Below, piece after piece: positions 1 through 11,057 of a DNA stretch of 64,000 nt. This stretch comes from Methanotrichaceae archaeon. GTDB taxonomy: Archaea > Halobacteriota > Methanosarcinia > Methanotrichales > Methanotrichaceae. Position numbers and translations under genes: made by a program. Below the pieces are notes generated by a model. That model was not told the DNA's origin and ran no database searches. It saw only the letters and a list, made by a program, of their open reading frames with translations. The stretch is taken from NCBI GenBank assembly GCA_963754945.1, contig CAVWIG010000018.1, positions 64,001 to 128,000 of the forward strand, read 5' to 3'. Numbering within the stretch: the first letter of the stretch is position 1; each line of letters begins with the position of its first letter.

Positions 1-183
1 GAGCTGCTCAGCATCCAATCCAAAGTAGCCCAGGATCTCCTCCGCTTCGGATAAGCCGGAGATAATGCAGTCCTCCTTAGCCAGCAGGACGGCTCTGGCA
101 TTTACATCGGGAACTATGGAGCTCGAGAGATCCCACTCCCCTATATCCTCAGTCACGAAGCGTTCCAGCTCAGAAGGCAACAT
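1..183 (-). CDS. nadC: nicotinate-nucleotide pyrophosphorylase, N-terminal part (runs off window)
   Basis: Manual translation MLPSELERFVTEDIGEWDLSSSIVPDVNARAVLLAKEDCIISGL matches the NadC N-terminus; divergent from nadX. Confidence 0.8.
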   Translation of the reverse strand, partial: MLPSELERFVTEDIGEWDLSSSIVPDVNARAVLLAKEDCIISGLSEAEEILGYFGLDAEQL

Positions 184-223
184 ACCGCAAGGATTTTGAT
201 GTCCAATTGATTTATAGCCTCCG

Positions 224-1036
224 ATGGTTCTCAAAATAGGACTGGTTGGCTGTGGAGCCATAGGATCCGAGATAGCCAAGTCGATCGATCGAGGAGATAT
301 CTCAGCCCAACTGGTCGCAGTTTGCGACCACAACCCAGAGACTGCACAGGAACTAATTAGCAACCTGATGACCAAGCCGGTCAAGGCCAACCTGGAGGAG
401 CTGGTGGACAGATCCGATCTCGTGGTAGAAGCTGCGTCTCAAAGGGCGGTGCCTGCCATAGCCGCAGCGGCGCTAGGGAAAGGACGCAATTTGATGATCA
501 TGAGCGTGGGGGCTCTGGCCGACGTCGAGCTGTATAGATCAATAAAGAGGATGGCCTCAGAGCATGGCTCAAAGGTTTACTTGCCCTCGGGGGCGATCTC
601 CGGTTTGGACGGCCTCAAATCTGCGAGCTCGGGCAGCATCAAAAGAGTCACCCTAACAACTACCAAGAGCCCAGAGAGCCTGGAAGGTGCTCCCCACGTT
701 CGAGAGAAGAATATCGATCTCAAAGGATTGAAAGAGCCTACACTGATCTTTGAAGGGTCAGCAGCCGAGGCTGTCAAGGCCTTTCCCGCCAACGTCAACG
801 TGGCGGCTACTCTCTGTCTGGCTGCTCGGGATGGAAATGTTAGGGTCAGGATCATTGCTGACCCCAACATCAAGGTAAACAGGCACGAGATAGTGGCTGA
901 GGGGGACTTTGGCCGGATAACCACCAGGGTGGAGAACGTGCCCTCGCCTAAGAACCCCAAGACCAGCTATCTTGCCGCTTTATCAGCCATAGCAACTCTT
1001 AGGTCGATAGTAGAGCCCATCAAGATAGGAACCTAA
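224..1036 (+). CDS. nadX: L-aspartate dehydrogenase
   Basis: GxGxxG Rossmann motif, SGAIxGLD, FPANVNVA, NPKTSYLA. Confidence 0.93.
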   Translation: MVLKIGLVGCGAIGSEIAKSIDRGDISAQLVAVCDHNPETAQELISNLMTKPVKANLEELVDRSDLVVEAASQRAVPAIAAAALGKGRNLMIMSVGALADVELYRSIKRMASEHGSKVYLPSGAISGLDGLKSASSGSIKRVTLTTTKSPESLEGAPHVREKNIDLKGLKEPTLIFEGSAAEAVKAFPANVNVAATLCLAARDGNVRVRIIADPNIKVNRHEIVAEGDFGRITTRVENVPSPKNPKTSYLAALSAIATLRSIVEPIKIGT

Positions 1037-2436
1037 GAGAAAAGGGGCTTGGAATCAGGCCACTCCGGTGGAGAAGTTGGCCTTTTTGACCCTATTACTA
1101 TCGTGCTGCCGATGCGCCGGTAAGGCACATTGTTCTCCTCTTCGGGATCGTAGCGGGCGTACTTGAGTAGGGCCATTTTAAGCTCGTCCATGTTCAGAAA
1201 GGCTGTGTTACAGGGCTTGATCAGAGGACGGGCATCCACGGCTTTTGTGTTCCCCATGGGAATGACATAAGGTTGGTCGCCTATGCCGTCTCCATCGTTG
1301 TCCGTCCCGCGATAGTCGCTGTAATAGTTCCCAACGCTCGCGTTCCAGAAGCTGTGGGTTGAGTTGTCGTAGGCACTGATGGTGTTCCGAACGAAGTTGT
1401 TGTGGTAAATCAGGTTGTTGTAGTTCTTGTCAACGCGAATCCCATGGGTGTTGTCGGTTGCATTATTGCTGTATATTACGTTGTATGCACATCCCCTAAT
1501 GAGCTCCATGCCGTTGAAGTTCCTGCTGGCTGTATTCCTGGCCAGGATATTGTGGCTGCTATTCTCCTGGAGACTGATGCCGATACCGAAACCCTTTATG
1601 ATCTCGTTTCTAATGTTGTCATCTGCCACATTGTCGAGAATTGTGTTGTTGTTCGAACCTGAGGCTAGGATGCCATAGTAGCTTTGATCCGCTCTATTAT
1701 GGCTGACATCTGTGAAGGTCGAATTCCACAGGACTATGCCTTCCTTGTTGCCTGAAGCTGTGTTGTTGGATGCGCTACAAGATGTAGACTCCTTGAGAAG
1801 GATCCCCGAGTTTTTCGTGTCCGATACCCTGTTGTTATCCACCTTGATGCTACTAGAGTGCTCGACGTCGATCCCGGATTTGTCGCAACCTGACAATCTG
1901 CAACTGCTTATGCGTCCTGCACGGCAGTTGAGAAGCTGCGCACCCGTGGCACAGCGATCGAAGGTATCATTAACGACAGATAGGTTGACAACATCGTCAG
2001 CATACACACCCACCTGTGCCCCAAGCAGGTCAACGCTCTGTATAGCAACGTTGTTACCTCGGACAATTATTCCAGCATTGGGCAGGTTCAACATGAGGGC
2101 AGTCGTAGCAGGATGCTGCATGTAATAGTCGAATTTGGAAGTAGAGGCCTCTGGCACACCTTTTATTTTAAATCCAGAAACCAGTGTTCTGTCCGCGCTT
2201 ACAATTATCCCTGGCGTCTGAACGGCCGCCTGGACGACTGGCCAGCCGACCCCCACAATCCTCAAGGGTTTGTCCACCTCAAACGGGTTGTACTGGCCCG
2301 GTCCTACAATAATAGTGTCTCCGCTGATGGCTTTATCTATGGCCGACTGAACGTCCGCTCCGGCCTGAAGGGTGGAGGCCGTTGCAGAGGAGATCACCGC
2401 CAAGGCTAGAAGGGATAACAGAAGTCCGGTTCGGAT
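1033..2436 (-). CDS. secreted right-handed beta-helix (NosD/CASH) protein
   Basis: Signal peptide, Asn-rich parallel beta-helix repeats, GNYYSDY..DxDGDGIGD.PY motif; start uncertain (ATC at 2436 or ATG at 2484). Confidence 0.8.
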   Translation of the reverse strand: MRTGLLLSLLALAVISSATASTLQAGADVQSAIDKAISGDTIIVGPGQYNPFEVDKPLRIVGVGWPVVQAAVQTPGIIVSADRTLVSGFKIKGVPEASTSKFDYYMQHPATTALMLNLPNAGIIVRGNNVAIQSVDLLGAQVGVYADDVVNLSVVNDTFDRCATGAQLLNCRAGRISSCRLSGCDKSGIDVEHSSSIKVDNNRVSDTKNSGILLKESTSCSASNNTASGNKEGIVLWNSTFTDVSHNRADQSYYGILASGSNNNTILDNVADDNIRNEIIKGFGIGISLQENSSHNILARNTASRNFNGMELIRGCAYNVIYSNNATDNTHGIRVDKNYNNLIYHNNFVRNTISAYDNSTHSFWNASVGNYYSDYRGTDNDGDGIGDQPYVIPMGNTKAVDARPLIKPCNTAFLNMDELKMALLKYARYDPEEENNVPYRRIGSTIVIGSKRPTSPPEWPDSKPLFS

Positions 2437-2437
2437 A

Positions 2438-3778
2438 TCAGTGCCTGAAGTGCCGCATTCCTGTGAAGACCATGGCCATATCATACTCGTCAGCCGCCTG
2501 GATCACCTCAGCATCTCGTATGGACCCGCCGGGATGGACTACCGCAGTGGCCCCCGCCCGATAGGTCTCCTCTAGGCCATCGCGGAAGGGGAAGAATGAG
2601 TCGGTCGCGGCAACGGTGCCCTTGGTGCTCAAACCATGTTCTGCGGCCTTCTCAGCGCCGAAGCGTGCAGAATCTACCCTGCTGACCTGGCCCGATCCAA
2701 TGCCGATGGTGCGATCCTCAGTTGTGTACACAAGGGCGTTCGACTTTACGTACTTTGCTACCTTCCAGGCGAACCGGAGGGCCCGGACCTCGGAATCGGT
2801 GGGCTTCCTCCTGGTCACCACACGCCACTCCTTGATGTCTCCGGTATCGTAATCCTGGACCAGCAGGCCGCCGAAGACACCCTTGATGAACTGGCCGGAG
2901 TAAAGCTCTTTTTTCCGGGATAACAAGTCTCCAACGTCAAGAATTCGCCGGTTTGGCTTGTTCTCCGTCAGAAGCAACAATGCCTCGGGATCATACCCTG
3001 GGGCAAGCAGGACCTCAACGAAGCTGTCGCCTATGGCTTGCGCAGTCTTCACGTCCACTGTCCGATTGAAGCCTATGACCCCTCCGAAAGCGGATTTAGG
3101 GTCAGTGGCAAATGACGCACGATACGCCGATTCAAGGTCTGGGCCATAGGCCACGCCACAGGGATTGGCGTGCTTGACTATGACGCAGAGGGCTTTATCC
3201 ATTCGGGCTCCGTCGTACTCCGAAAGGTCGATCTGCATCTCCAGAACTGTCTCGGCATCGACTACATTATTGTAGGACATCTCCCGGCCGTTTAGTTTAG
3301 CTGCCTTGTAAAGGCCCAAACCCCCTGGATTTCTGTAGAGGGCTGCCTTCTGGTGCCAGTTCTCCCCGTACCTCAAGTCCTGGACCTTCTCGTAAGCCTT
3401 GACCATGAAATCGGGCAGGCTGTCCTGCATGGAGGCAAGCAGCTTGGTATCGCTTTCTATGCACTTAAACAGAGCATAGGCATCCAGCCTCTTCCTGCTT
3501 TTTTCAGACACGCTCCCGGTTTGCTTGATCTCGTTCAAGATGTCTGGGAACTTCTGAGGGTCCAGCAGTACGCAACATCCAAAATTCAGAGCCCTGCGGA
3601 TCGTGATTGCCGATTGCTCACAGACGTCATCCGAGTGGCCCATAAGGATCTGATCCAGACCTTCGGGTCGGAGAAAAGAATTAGACGAGATCTCCAGGCC
3701 AAGCTGCTCAAGGTCGGAGAGAAAGGATTTTACCGCCTGGGATGAACCATCCAAGAGAAGGACTTGGCGTAATTTCAT
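2438..3778 (-). CDS. purH: AICAR transformylase (PurH family) with degenerate N-terminal domain
   Basis: LRYGENxHQ, SYNN, KHANPCG, SAFGG, KSNA, DSFFPF, MRHFRH. Confidence 0.88.
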   Translation of the reverse strand: MKLRQVLLLDGSSQAVKSFLSDLEQLGLEISSNSFLRPEGLDQILMGHSDDVCEQSAITIRRALNFGCCVLLDPQKFPDILNEIKQTGSVSEKSRKRLDAYALFKCIESDTKLLASMQDSLPDFMVKAYEKVQDLRYGENWHQKAALYRNPGGLGLYKAAKLNGREMSYNNVVDAETVLEMQIDLSEYDGARMDKALCVIVKHANPCGVAYGPDLESAYRASFATDPKSAFGGVIGFNRTVDVKTAQAIGDSFVEVLLAPGYDPEALLLLTENKPNRRILDVGDLLSRKKELYSGQFIKGVFGGLLVQDYDTGDIKEWRVVTRRKPTDSEVRALRFAWKVAKYVKSNALVYTTEDRTIGIGSGQVSRVDSARFGAEKAAEHGLSTKGTVAATDSFFPFRDGLEETYRAGATAVVHPGGSIRDAEVIQAADEYDMAMVFTGMRHFRH

Positions 3779-3969
3779 GAAACCTCGCTCCCTATGGAGG
3801 CTGCGCTATTTCAACTTTTTGCCGCCCTATTCAGATCAGGACATGCGGCAAACGCATCATCTCAAATTTAAATGCCGATTGTAGAGCTAGTTGGGGCCAA
3901 TGGTAAGGCTATTATCGATGCACCTCTTAAAGGATAAGTTTTAAGGTTGTTGCAAACAGCGTAAGCAAC

Positions 3970-4284
3970 GTGGAAGATTTCAGGAAGGCCATCAAGCCTC
4001 ATCCTCGCGGTCTGACCATTCAATTTGAAGTGAATCCGGGATCGTCCAAACTTGAGGTTCCATCGGGCTTCAATCCATGGCGCAGAACTCTGGAGGCCAG
4101 GCTCACCGAGGAACCCACCAAAGGAAGAGCGAACCGACAGTTGGTGGAGGAGGTAGCCAGGATACTGGTCATTCCTGAGAGAAACGTGGAGGTTCTGAGC
4201 GGTCACAAAAGTGCCAGGAAAGTTTTGTTAGTGACAGGTGTGGATCTCGAAGCCGCGATCTTTTGCCTGAAGGGGAGTAGATGA
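3970..4284 (+). CDS. DUF167/YggU family protein
   Basis: P.kGRANxxL and SGHKSxxK motifs, 104 aa. Confidence 0.85.
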   Translation: MEDFRKAIKPHPRGLTIQFEVNPGSSKLEVPSGFNPWRRTLEARLTEEPTKGRANRQLVEEVARILVIPERNVEVLSGHKSARKVLLVTGVDLEAAIFCLKGSR

Positions 4285-4296
4285 TCCGGAGAGGCA

Positions 4297-4722
4297 ATGC
4301 AGAATAGTAGAAACAATTCTCGAACGAAAGGGACATACGATGCAGAGGCCCTCGAAGAACTCATAAGCGCTCTCCTGGAGGCATCGGGCCGAGGAGCCGT
4401 CATAATCGTGGAGGGCAGGCGGGACCAAGAGTCACTTCGCGCTTTGGGAATACATGGACCGGTGATAACGGCATCCCAAAAGCCAGCGCTTGCCTTGGCT
4501 GAGGATGTCGCTAGAGAGCATCGGGAGATTATTGTGCTCACCGACTGGGATGAGAAGGGCGAGGAGATGGCGTTACAGATCGAGAAACACCTGCGCTGCA
4601 GTGGTTCGAGGGGCGATGTGGAGATCAGATCCCGGCTAAAGAGGTTGGTCAAGAAGGAAATCAAGGACGTAGAGAGCCTGAGCCGGTACGTAGAGAGGAT
4701 GAGGGAGCTGTACGGCACTTAG
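4297..4722 (+). CDS. small TOPRIM-domain protein
   Basis: IIVEGRRD and LTDWDEKG Toprim motifs. Confidence 0.85.
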   Translation: MQNSRNNSRTKGTYDAEALEELISALLEASGRGAVIIVEGRRDQESLRALGIHGPVITASQKPALALAEDVAREHREIIVLTDWDEKGEEMALQIEKHLRCSGSRGDVEIRSRLKRLVKKEIKDVESLSRYVERMRELYGT

Positions 4723-5224
4723 AATCGCAGTAACAGGATCGCCTGGGGTGGGAAAGTCCACTCTGGTGCAAAAGGCCGCAGAGGCGGCCAAGGTCAAGGT
4801 TGGCGGTGTGCTTGCCAGGGACAAGAGGGTCAAAGACCGCAGAGCAGGTTTCGAGCTTTTGGACCTGGGATCAGGGCAAACAGGCATGCTGGCGGACGAG
4901 ACCGGGAACGGTCCTCAACTGGGAAAGTATCGAGTTCGCCTGGACGACCTGGACCAAATAGGAGCTAAAGCCATCGAAGATGCCCTCAAAGCAGATCTGA
5001 TCGTTGTGGACGAAGTCGGGCCCATGGAGCTATCCTCTCGTAGGTTCATAGGCGCTGTCGAGAAAGCCATTGCTTCGGACAAGCCCATGCTCGTCGTCCT
5101 ACATCAGTGGTCTGTGCATCCGCTGGCCAAGAAGATAAGGAAGAACTTCAGGGTGCTAACCGTCACCAAAGAGAATCGAGATTCTTTATTGTACGATCTG
5201 ACAAAAGAGCTGGATGATCTTTGA
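4712..5224 (+). CDS. nucleoside-triphosphatase (THEP1/NTPase_1)
   Basis: LRIAVTGSPGVGKST Walker A and VVDEVGPME; the Walker A begins upstream of the ORF-track start and the only plausible start is ACG at 4712. Confidence 0.85.
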   Translation, partial: TALRIAVTGSPGVGKSTLVQKAAEAAKVKVGGVLARDKRVKDRRAGFELLDLGSGQTGMLADETGNGPQLGKYRVRLDDLDQIGAKAIEDALKADLIVVDEVGPMELSSRRFIGAVEKAIASDKPMLVVLHQWSVHPLAKKIRKNFRVLTVTKENRDSLLYDLTKELDDL

Positions 5225-5470
5225 TCTTTGGAGATTCACGGCATTTAGCTATTGACAATATCATCGCATTGCGGAGGCCGTACACGGAGTCAGGACAATT
5301 CCTCGTGAACAATTCCTGAAAGAATTGAACCAGTTGAATCTGGTTTAATTAGTTCTATATTTTTCGCTTTCCTGACAGAAAAGACTAACAGAAATTAAAG
5401 AGACCATACAGAAATTAGAGTTGACTACTGGGAAAAACAGGTTCTGAAAAAAAGAGAGGATTGCGGTGCC

Positions 5471-6298
5471 TTAAACAACGATCCCGTAAGCTTCCCTGAA
5501 TGCTGCCTGAGCGTAAGGTATGGAGGCATAGGCATAGCCGTTATCGCCCCATCCGGTCCCCCAGCTATTCCTCACGATGAATCTGTTCGGAGTGTATCCT
5601 ACGAAAGCTACGCAGTGGCCACCGCGTACGGTATTGGGGTTATATACATCCAGGTTACCGCGTGTATTCGTGGCGTTAAACCACGTATCATCCACACCCA
5701 GAGCTGTCAAGACAGGTCCTCTTGAAGCCAGCCAGGTCCTCCAGTTATCCATATTCGTTCCAAGGTTCCAATAGCTGGCAATCCTGTGATTTGCCGCATT
5801 TGCGAAGAAGGCCGTATAGTCTCCGCGATACATCTGTTCTAAACCAGTCCAGTTGCCTGCAGCGTCCTTAACCCTGAACGGCAGAAGATCGTCAGTCGGT
5901 ATGCCGAATTTCAGGGCCATATTAAGGGCAGCCTTGAGGCTGGTGCCCTCAAACTCCAGCATTGTCGTTGGATAAGAAGTGAATTCATCGGTCTCTTTAG
6001 CAGCCATCCAAACAAACCTGACCGCAAGATGCTGGTTCTGAGGCAGCTTTCCCGCCTTGACGAAGTTCCACCGGCAGACAGAGTCGGCCGTCCCCCAGCC
6101 TACACAAGAACCGGAATCTACCTGGTTGCCGATATCATACCAGGGATTCCCAGCACGCAGATCAACCGATGCGGGGAGACCCGAAGTCGCGCTGACCATG
6201 CCAGCTTTGATTGCATGTTCAAACTTCCAATCCCACTCCGTGTTCTTAGACGGCACACAGTTTAAAATTCTATCTGTAAAAATATCTTCTTTTGGCAT
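5471..6298 (-). CDS. papain-family (C1) cysteine peptidase
   Basis: Q..GSCVG catalytic Cys, GGHCV His, RNSWG Asn; no signal peptide. Confidence 0.9.
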   Translation of the reverse strand: MPKEDIFTDRILNCVPSKNTEWDWKFEHAIKAGMVSATSGLPASVDLRAGNPWYDIGNQVDSGSCVGWGTADSVCRWNFVKAGKLPQNQHLAVRFVWMAAKETDEFTSYPTTMLEFEGTSLKAALNMALKFGIPTDDLLPFRVKDAAGNWTGLEQMYRGDYTAFFANAANHRIASYWNLGTNMDNWRTWLASRGPVLTALGVDDTWFNATNTRGNLDVYNPNTVRGGHCVAFVGYTPNRFIVRNSWGTGWGDNGYAYASIPYAQAAFREAYGIVV

Positions 6299-7102
6299 AG
6301 TACATCTCGATTTTTATCTATGTAATTAACAAGATATAAAGTTTTTGATTGAAATGCATTTTAAATCAATTTTCTAAATATATGAATTTATAATAACTCA
6401 AGAGGGTACATGGTCAAGCTTCCAAGGTCGCGAAGTATGCGCAGATTTTGAAGAACTCTGTGGATTCCGAGGAGACTGCCAGCGAGATCGCTATTCCTGA
6501 TGAAGGACAGAGTGGCGGTGGAGGAGGTGGTGGGATTGGCAGCGCAGGTGGTAGAATGGGATGTAGGCTTCTGATTATGCTCTAGTTATGAGGCATTTTT
6601 AAGGAAGTCGTCTACATATGTCACAGAAATATTGCATGCACCAACACTGTCTGTTGCTCAAGGCCATTATACAACCATTAGATCCAGCCCAAAATGTTTT
6701 TTAGCTTACTTATGATTCCGAGGACTATAAGCACAAATCTGTTAGCTCGCCTACTATTGATAGATTGTTGGCGTAGCATAGTGTTTTTGATAATATAGGA
6801 CCTGGAGCGCAAAGGCACGGAGATGGAGGGCTGAAGGTGTTTATAAATACCATTGGAGGCTGAGAGATTGCAAAAGATAGGCTGAAATGACGCAGGTTAT
6901 ATGCACCTAGCCTCAAGCCCCACGCTCATGCATTTGATTGAACTGATTCTCGTATAGAACTGGAACTACCTAAAGTTGACTTGTTTCTGGTTCCCAAACG
7001 TTAGTCACTGATTCTCCTATGTCCATCGCCCCCTCCGGTGCACCTTACCCCCATACGAAGCCATGTATATCTTGTCGTGCAAGCAAGAAGAAGGTGTGAA
7101 AT

Positions 7103-7258
7103 ATGGAATGTATGCTATGTGACTTCTGTGAAGTGGTCGTTAATGTCGATCAAAATGACTTCAGTCTAAATGTCTTAGGGTCTTGTGAAAAACACCCGGA
7201 ACTTGGAACCTTCAAAATATTGGATGGTGTGACTTGTCCTGAACAGGTTCAACGTTAG
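7103..7258 (+). CDS. 51-aa Cys-rich microprotein (not in ORF track)
   Basis: MECMLCDFCEVV...SCEKHPE...VTCPEQVQR; RBS-like AGGTGTGA just upstream. Confidence 0.55.
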   Translation: MECMLCDFCEVVVNVDQNDFSLNVLGSCEKHPELGTFKILDGVTCPEQVQR

Positions 7259-7401
7259 TTTTCACACGTGCGGCTCGTTTCAATAACTTGGATACAGGTG
7301 ATTTGTAAAAGCCAATCGTTTGCAATATCGCCCTGACTGATACCGCAGTCCACTAGCCGCTTTATCGGTTCGATTTGTTCTGGCCTAATTTTGTTGAAAA
7401 A

Positions 7402-7590
7402 TTAATATTCCGAATCCGCATAGTATACAGGTGGCACCATTGCATCGCACATGCAAATATAAGCTACTCTATGATTTCTTTGGTCATCAAATTCGTTGTC
7501 CCTTGCAAGCCGCGGGCACCCGATGCAAAAACGTGGGTTGTGGTCATCGAATTTTTCAATGAATGGACACTTATCAGTCGGTCTCATCAT
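7402..7590 (-). CDS. 62-aa Cys-rich microprotein
   Basis: KCPF...FCIGCPR...ICMC; GGGAGGT RBS immediately upstream. Confidence 0.55.
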   Translation of the reverse strand: MMRPTDKCPFIEKFDDHNPRFCIGCPRLARDNEFDDQRNHRVAYICMCDAMVPPVYYADSEY

Positions 7591-8376
7591 ACCTCCCAAG
7601 TCCTTGTATCTTAATCAAACTCTAAATAAACTTGTGGGCATGGCATTACTTGTTGTGTTGCCTAGCCAGAGTTGCACACGCATATCCTGAATGTAGTCTA
7701 TATGCTATTATACAACTTTTCAGGCCAGGAAAGAGCTTCCGATATTTTCCCATGAAAATGGTGCCAGCAGATATCACTTTTATTATTCGGGCGTGAGCCT
7801 CTGTCCTGATCTTTAGGCTCATGTGGGTTTATAAATATCTTTTTGGCCTCGTAAGCGTGCGCTTTTGCGCTCCAGGTTCTACACCACAGCCGATGGCGGT
7901 TAAATCGATATCGGCCAAAGGGCCCGGTCCATGTCCATAGACTAATGGGATATAGAGTTTGCCGGAACGAGTTAGGAGCCTTTTCGGGAAAGGCTCGATC
8001 TTGGAAAAAATTCTTGTAAGTTACATGCACTTCAACAATCGAAACGCCATCACACCGTATTTCTAGGTGTCAGCGCGAATACAACGGGGTTTAAGACACG
8101 ACATCACCTAAGCCCAAGGCGGCCATAACTTAACTATCTAGTCCTTGGCACCCTAAACAGCATAGAAACACGAATCTTGGGCATCTTGGCGGCGGGTTCC
8201 ACAGAATTAGGATAATTATATAAATATAGGTAACATCAGAGAAAACTGCTCGACAGTAAATCCATAGACCAAGATCCGAGTGTTCGAGAGCTAGGAGTGT
8301 ATATAAGAAATTCGTTATATCGGGGCAATTACCTTATTGTTAATGCCTATCCGGAGATTGGATTTTAATATCAAGC

Positions 8377-8709
8377 TCATTCATTGGAAATCTGAATTCT
8401 GAATTTCCGTCTGTTCATCACATTCGTCTCCCAAGGCCGCTTATAAATTGCGATTACTTCCGTCTCGTCTAAACGAAGAGGTGTAAAGGCGAAGACCTCC
8501 ACACTTCCGCCCCCAATAGCCTCCGACTTTGGGGTCACATACCATTCTTTGTCCAGCCTCAAGAAGTCTGAATCGTATTCAACTGTCCATTTATATCCAG
8601 CAGTAGGAAGCGAATCAAGAGCTATGGTGAAGGACCGGTTAAGCTTTGCCTGTATTATGTTTTCAGTCTTCTCTTCTTCACCCGGTATTCTGCTCTTTGA
8701 TGTATCCAT
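8377..8709 (-). CDS. chagasin-family (I42) cysteine protease inhibitor
   Basis: LPTAGYKW (NPTTGY-like), IGGG and YKRPWE loops. Confidence 0.88.
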   Translation of the reverse strand: MDTSKSRIPGEEEKTENIIQAKLNRSFTIALDSLPTAGYKWTVEYDSDFLRLDKEWYVTPKSEAIGGGSVEVFAFTPLRLDETEVIAIYKRPWETNVMNRRKFRIQISNE

Positions 8710-9012
8710 CAGTGATATTGTGATTTATTTGCACCTATAGCTTTCGGCTAATCCTGCGCTATACCTGTTCTGTTACTGTTCTCATCTCCAAACTTATTTC
8801 AGACTTCAAAGATAAGATAGTTCACGCATCAATAATAGATCCAGACAAAGACGAATCCAAGTTGGCCTTCAAGCGAGCCTGCTGGTCGTGCGAATGCCGC
8901 GAACATGATCAGACTTTGAATTTATAAAATATAGCTAAGTTCGGAGGAAAGTGCCTCAAAAGACGCTACATCAAGGCTTAGCTTCAAAATAAGAAGAGGG
9001 ACCCGTAAGGGA

Positions 9013-10227
9013 TCACGTTCCCTTCAGATCCTCTCTCTGGGTTATATTCCTGATCTCCTGTTTCAGCTCCTCCGGAAGGCCCTTGATCTCAACATCAAGG
9101 AAACCTCTCACGATTACGCTGGTGGCCTCCTCGGACGAGAGGCCCCTGGCCATCAGGTACTCCAGCTCCTCCTCAGAGATCCTACCAACGGCAGCCTCGT
9201 GGGACATATCAAGGTCCCTGCTCCTTCCGTCCAGCTCAGGTATCGAGTATATCCTGCCTTTCTCGGAGAGCAGCAGTCCCACACACTCCAGATGTGCCCT
9301 GACACCAGGCACGTTTCCGGTCATCCTGCCCCTGGCTATTACCTCGCCGCCGACAGAGACCACGCGGGAGATGGACTCGGCGCTGGTATCGGGGGCGTTG
9401 AGGTTGACGTTGCTGCCCACATCGATGTTGCCCATGCTGGAATAGATTACGGTGTTGAAGCTGGCAACCGCGCCCTTTCCGGCGAGCGTTGCTGTGGGGA
9501 AGGTCTGCAGGGTCTTAACCGGTCGGAGGCAGATGTAGTTGTTGGAGAGAGACCCTCCCTCGGCTATCGTTATCCCGGTCCTGGGCCGCACCTCCACATC
9601 TTTCCCCCAACTGTGGACCATGGTGAAGCTGATCTTGGCGTCCTTCTGGATGAAGAACTCGGAGACTCCAACATGCAGCCCGCGCTGGACGTGTGCCGGA
9701 GTTGTGCATCCTGTTATGACGTGCAGCTCGGAGCCTTCCTCAGCGATGATAACGTTATGAACCCGCTGGTTCAGGTTGGTTGACCCGAGGTAGAGGCAGC
9801 TCTTGACGGGAAAGACTGTCTTCATGCCCTTTTTGGCCCTGATGAAGTACCCTGCTGGTGGAGATTGAGCCACGTCTGCTGTGTATTTATCGGCGTCAGG
9901 AGCGACCAGCTTCCACCAGTAGTCCTGGAGGTAATCGTACTTCTTCAGGGCGCTGGCCATGTCCATTATCTCCACGCCATCGTAGAGGGACTTGGCGATC
10001 ACCGGCGTCTGGTCAATCTGCACATAGGCACCGGAGGATTCTTTGTCCAGCTTTACGCCCACGTCGAGTGCCGCCTTCTTAACGACGCTTGGCAGTTCCT
10101 CAGCCTCTTGAACCTTCTCATGGGGCTTGGCCTCGGACTCGTAGCTCTCCAGGTCCACGTCGGTCCCGTACAGTGCCTTCTTCTTGCGCGCCTCGCGAGC
10201 CCTCTCCTCTACGTTGGGCACAGACAT
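9013..10227 (-). CDS. sufB: SufB/SufD-family Fe-S scaffold protein
   Basis: ITGCT, HLECxGL, SHEAAVGRI, YLMARGL; follows sufC. Confidence 0.92.
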   Translation of the reverse strand: MSVPNVEERAREARKKKALYGTDVDLESYESEAKPHEKVQEAEELPSVVKKAALDVGVKLDKESSGAYVQIDQTPVIAKSLYDGVEIMDMASALKKYDYLQDYWWKLVAPDADKYTADVAQSPPAGYFIRAKKGMKTVFPVKSCLYLGSTNLNQRVHNVIIAEEGSELHVITGCTTPAHVQRGLHVGVSEFFIQKDAKISFTMVHSWGKDVEVRPRTGITIAEGGSLSNNYICLRPVKTLQTFPTATLAGKGAVASFNTVIYSSMGNIDVGSNVNLNAPDTSAESISRVVSVGGEVIARGRMTGNVPGVRAHLECVGLLLSEKGRIYSIPELDGRSRDLDMSHEAAVGRISEEELEYLMARGLSSEEATSVIVRGFLDVEIKGLPEELKQEIRNITQREDLKGT

Positions 10228-10937
10228 GCTACACACCCCTCATAGCCGCTCTTTTTGATCTGATCCAGGATCTCTTTCGGGTTGCCGCTGCAGACTATGG
10301 AACCGTTGAGCATGACGTGCGCCCTGTCGGCCTTCATGTACTCCAGGATGTGCCCGAAGTGAGTGATCAACAAGCCTGACTTGGTCCTCTGGCTTGGCCG
10401 CACGTCCTTTTCCGTCAATTGGTTGATGGCTTCACCGATCAGCTTGATGTTCTCCAGGTCAACTCCCGAGTCTGGCTCATCGAGCATGACGAAGTCAGGC
10501 TGCTGGGCAAGGAGCTGAACCATCTCCGACCTCTTCACCTCGCCGCCCGAGAAGCCGCGGTTCACGTCTCTGTTGGCGAAGGGCTCGAAGTCAAGCTCCT
10601 TGAGGATAGCTGGGCCATCTGCCTTAGGATTGATGATCTTGATGAGGTCCTTCAGCTTGAGGCCGCGAATGGCCGGAGGCCGCTGGAAAGCCATCCCTAT
10701 CCCAAGGCGAGCACGCTGGTCCATAGACATCATGGTTATGTCCTTTCCCTTGAACATGATCTTTCCGCTCTCAACTACATATCTTGGAATGCCCGCAATG
10801 GCGTTGAGCAGGGTTGTCTTTCCAGTCCCGTTCGGCCCGAAGAGCGCGTGTGTCTCACCGGGGCCTATTCTAAGATTAACGCCGTTAAGAACCTGTTTAC
10901 CGCCGATGCTGACAGACAGGTCAATAATCTCCAGCAG
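10209..10937 (-). CDS. sufC: Fe-S cluster assembly ATPase SufC
   Basis: [23 protein letters not shown]-terminal CxxC; start probably CTG at 10937 behind GGAGGTG. Confidence 0.92.
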   Translation of the reverse strand: MLEIIDLSVSIGGKQVLNGVNLRIGPGETHALFGPNGTGKTTLLNAIAGIPRYVVESGKIMFKGKDITMMSMDQRARLGIGMAFQRPPAIRGLKLKDLIKIINPKADGPAILKELDFEPFANRDVNRGFSGGEVKRSEMVQLLAQQPDFVMLDEPDSGVDLENIKLIGEAINQLTEKDVRPSQRTKSGLLITHFGHILEYMKADRAHVMLNGSIVCSGNPKEILDQIKKSGYEGCVACLCPT

Positions 10938-11057
10938 CCGGACCACCTCCAAACTTACTGTTCATTTGAAACTATGGATATAATATCCTTTTGCAGTATT
11001 TTGCAGCATATCCTTTGCAGCGGAAAAACCATATACAGAAGAGGTCGATGTAAGGGC

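Noticed and set aside
10419-11057. N-terminal 213 aa of the 388-aa ORF 10419..11585
   Set aside because: Antisense shadow of sufC; the real aksE begins at ATG 11058, so this is not a fusion protein
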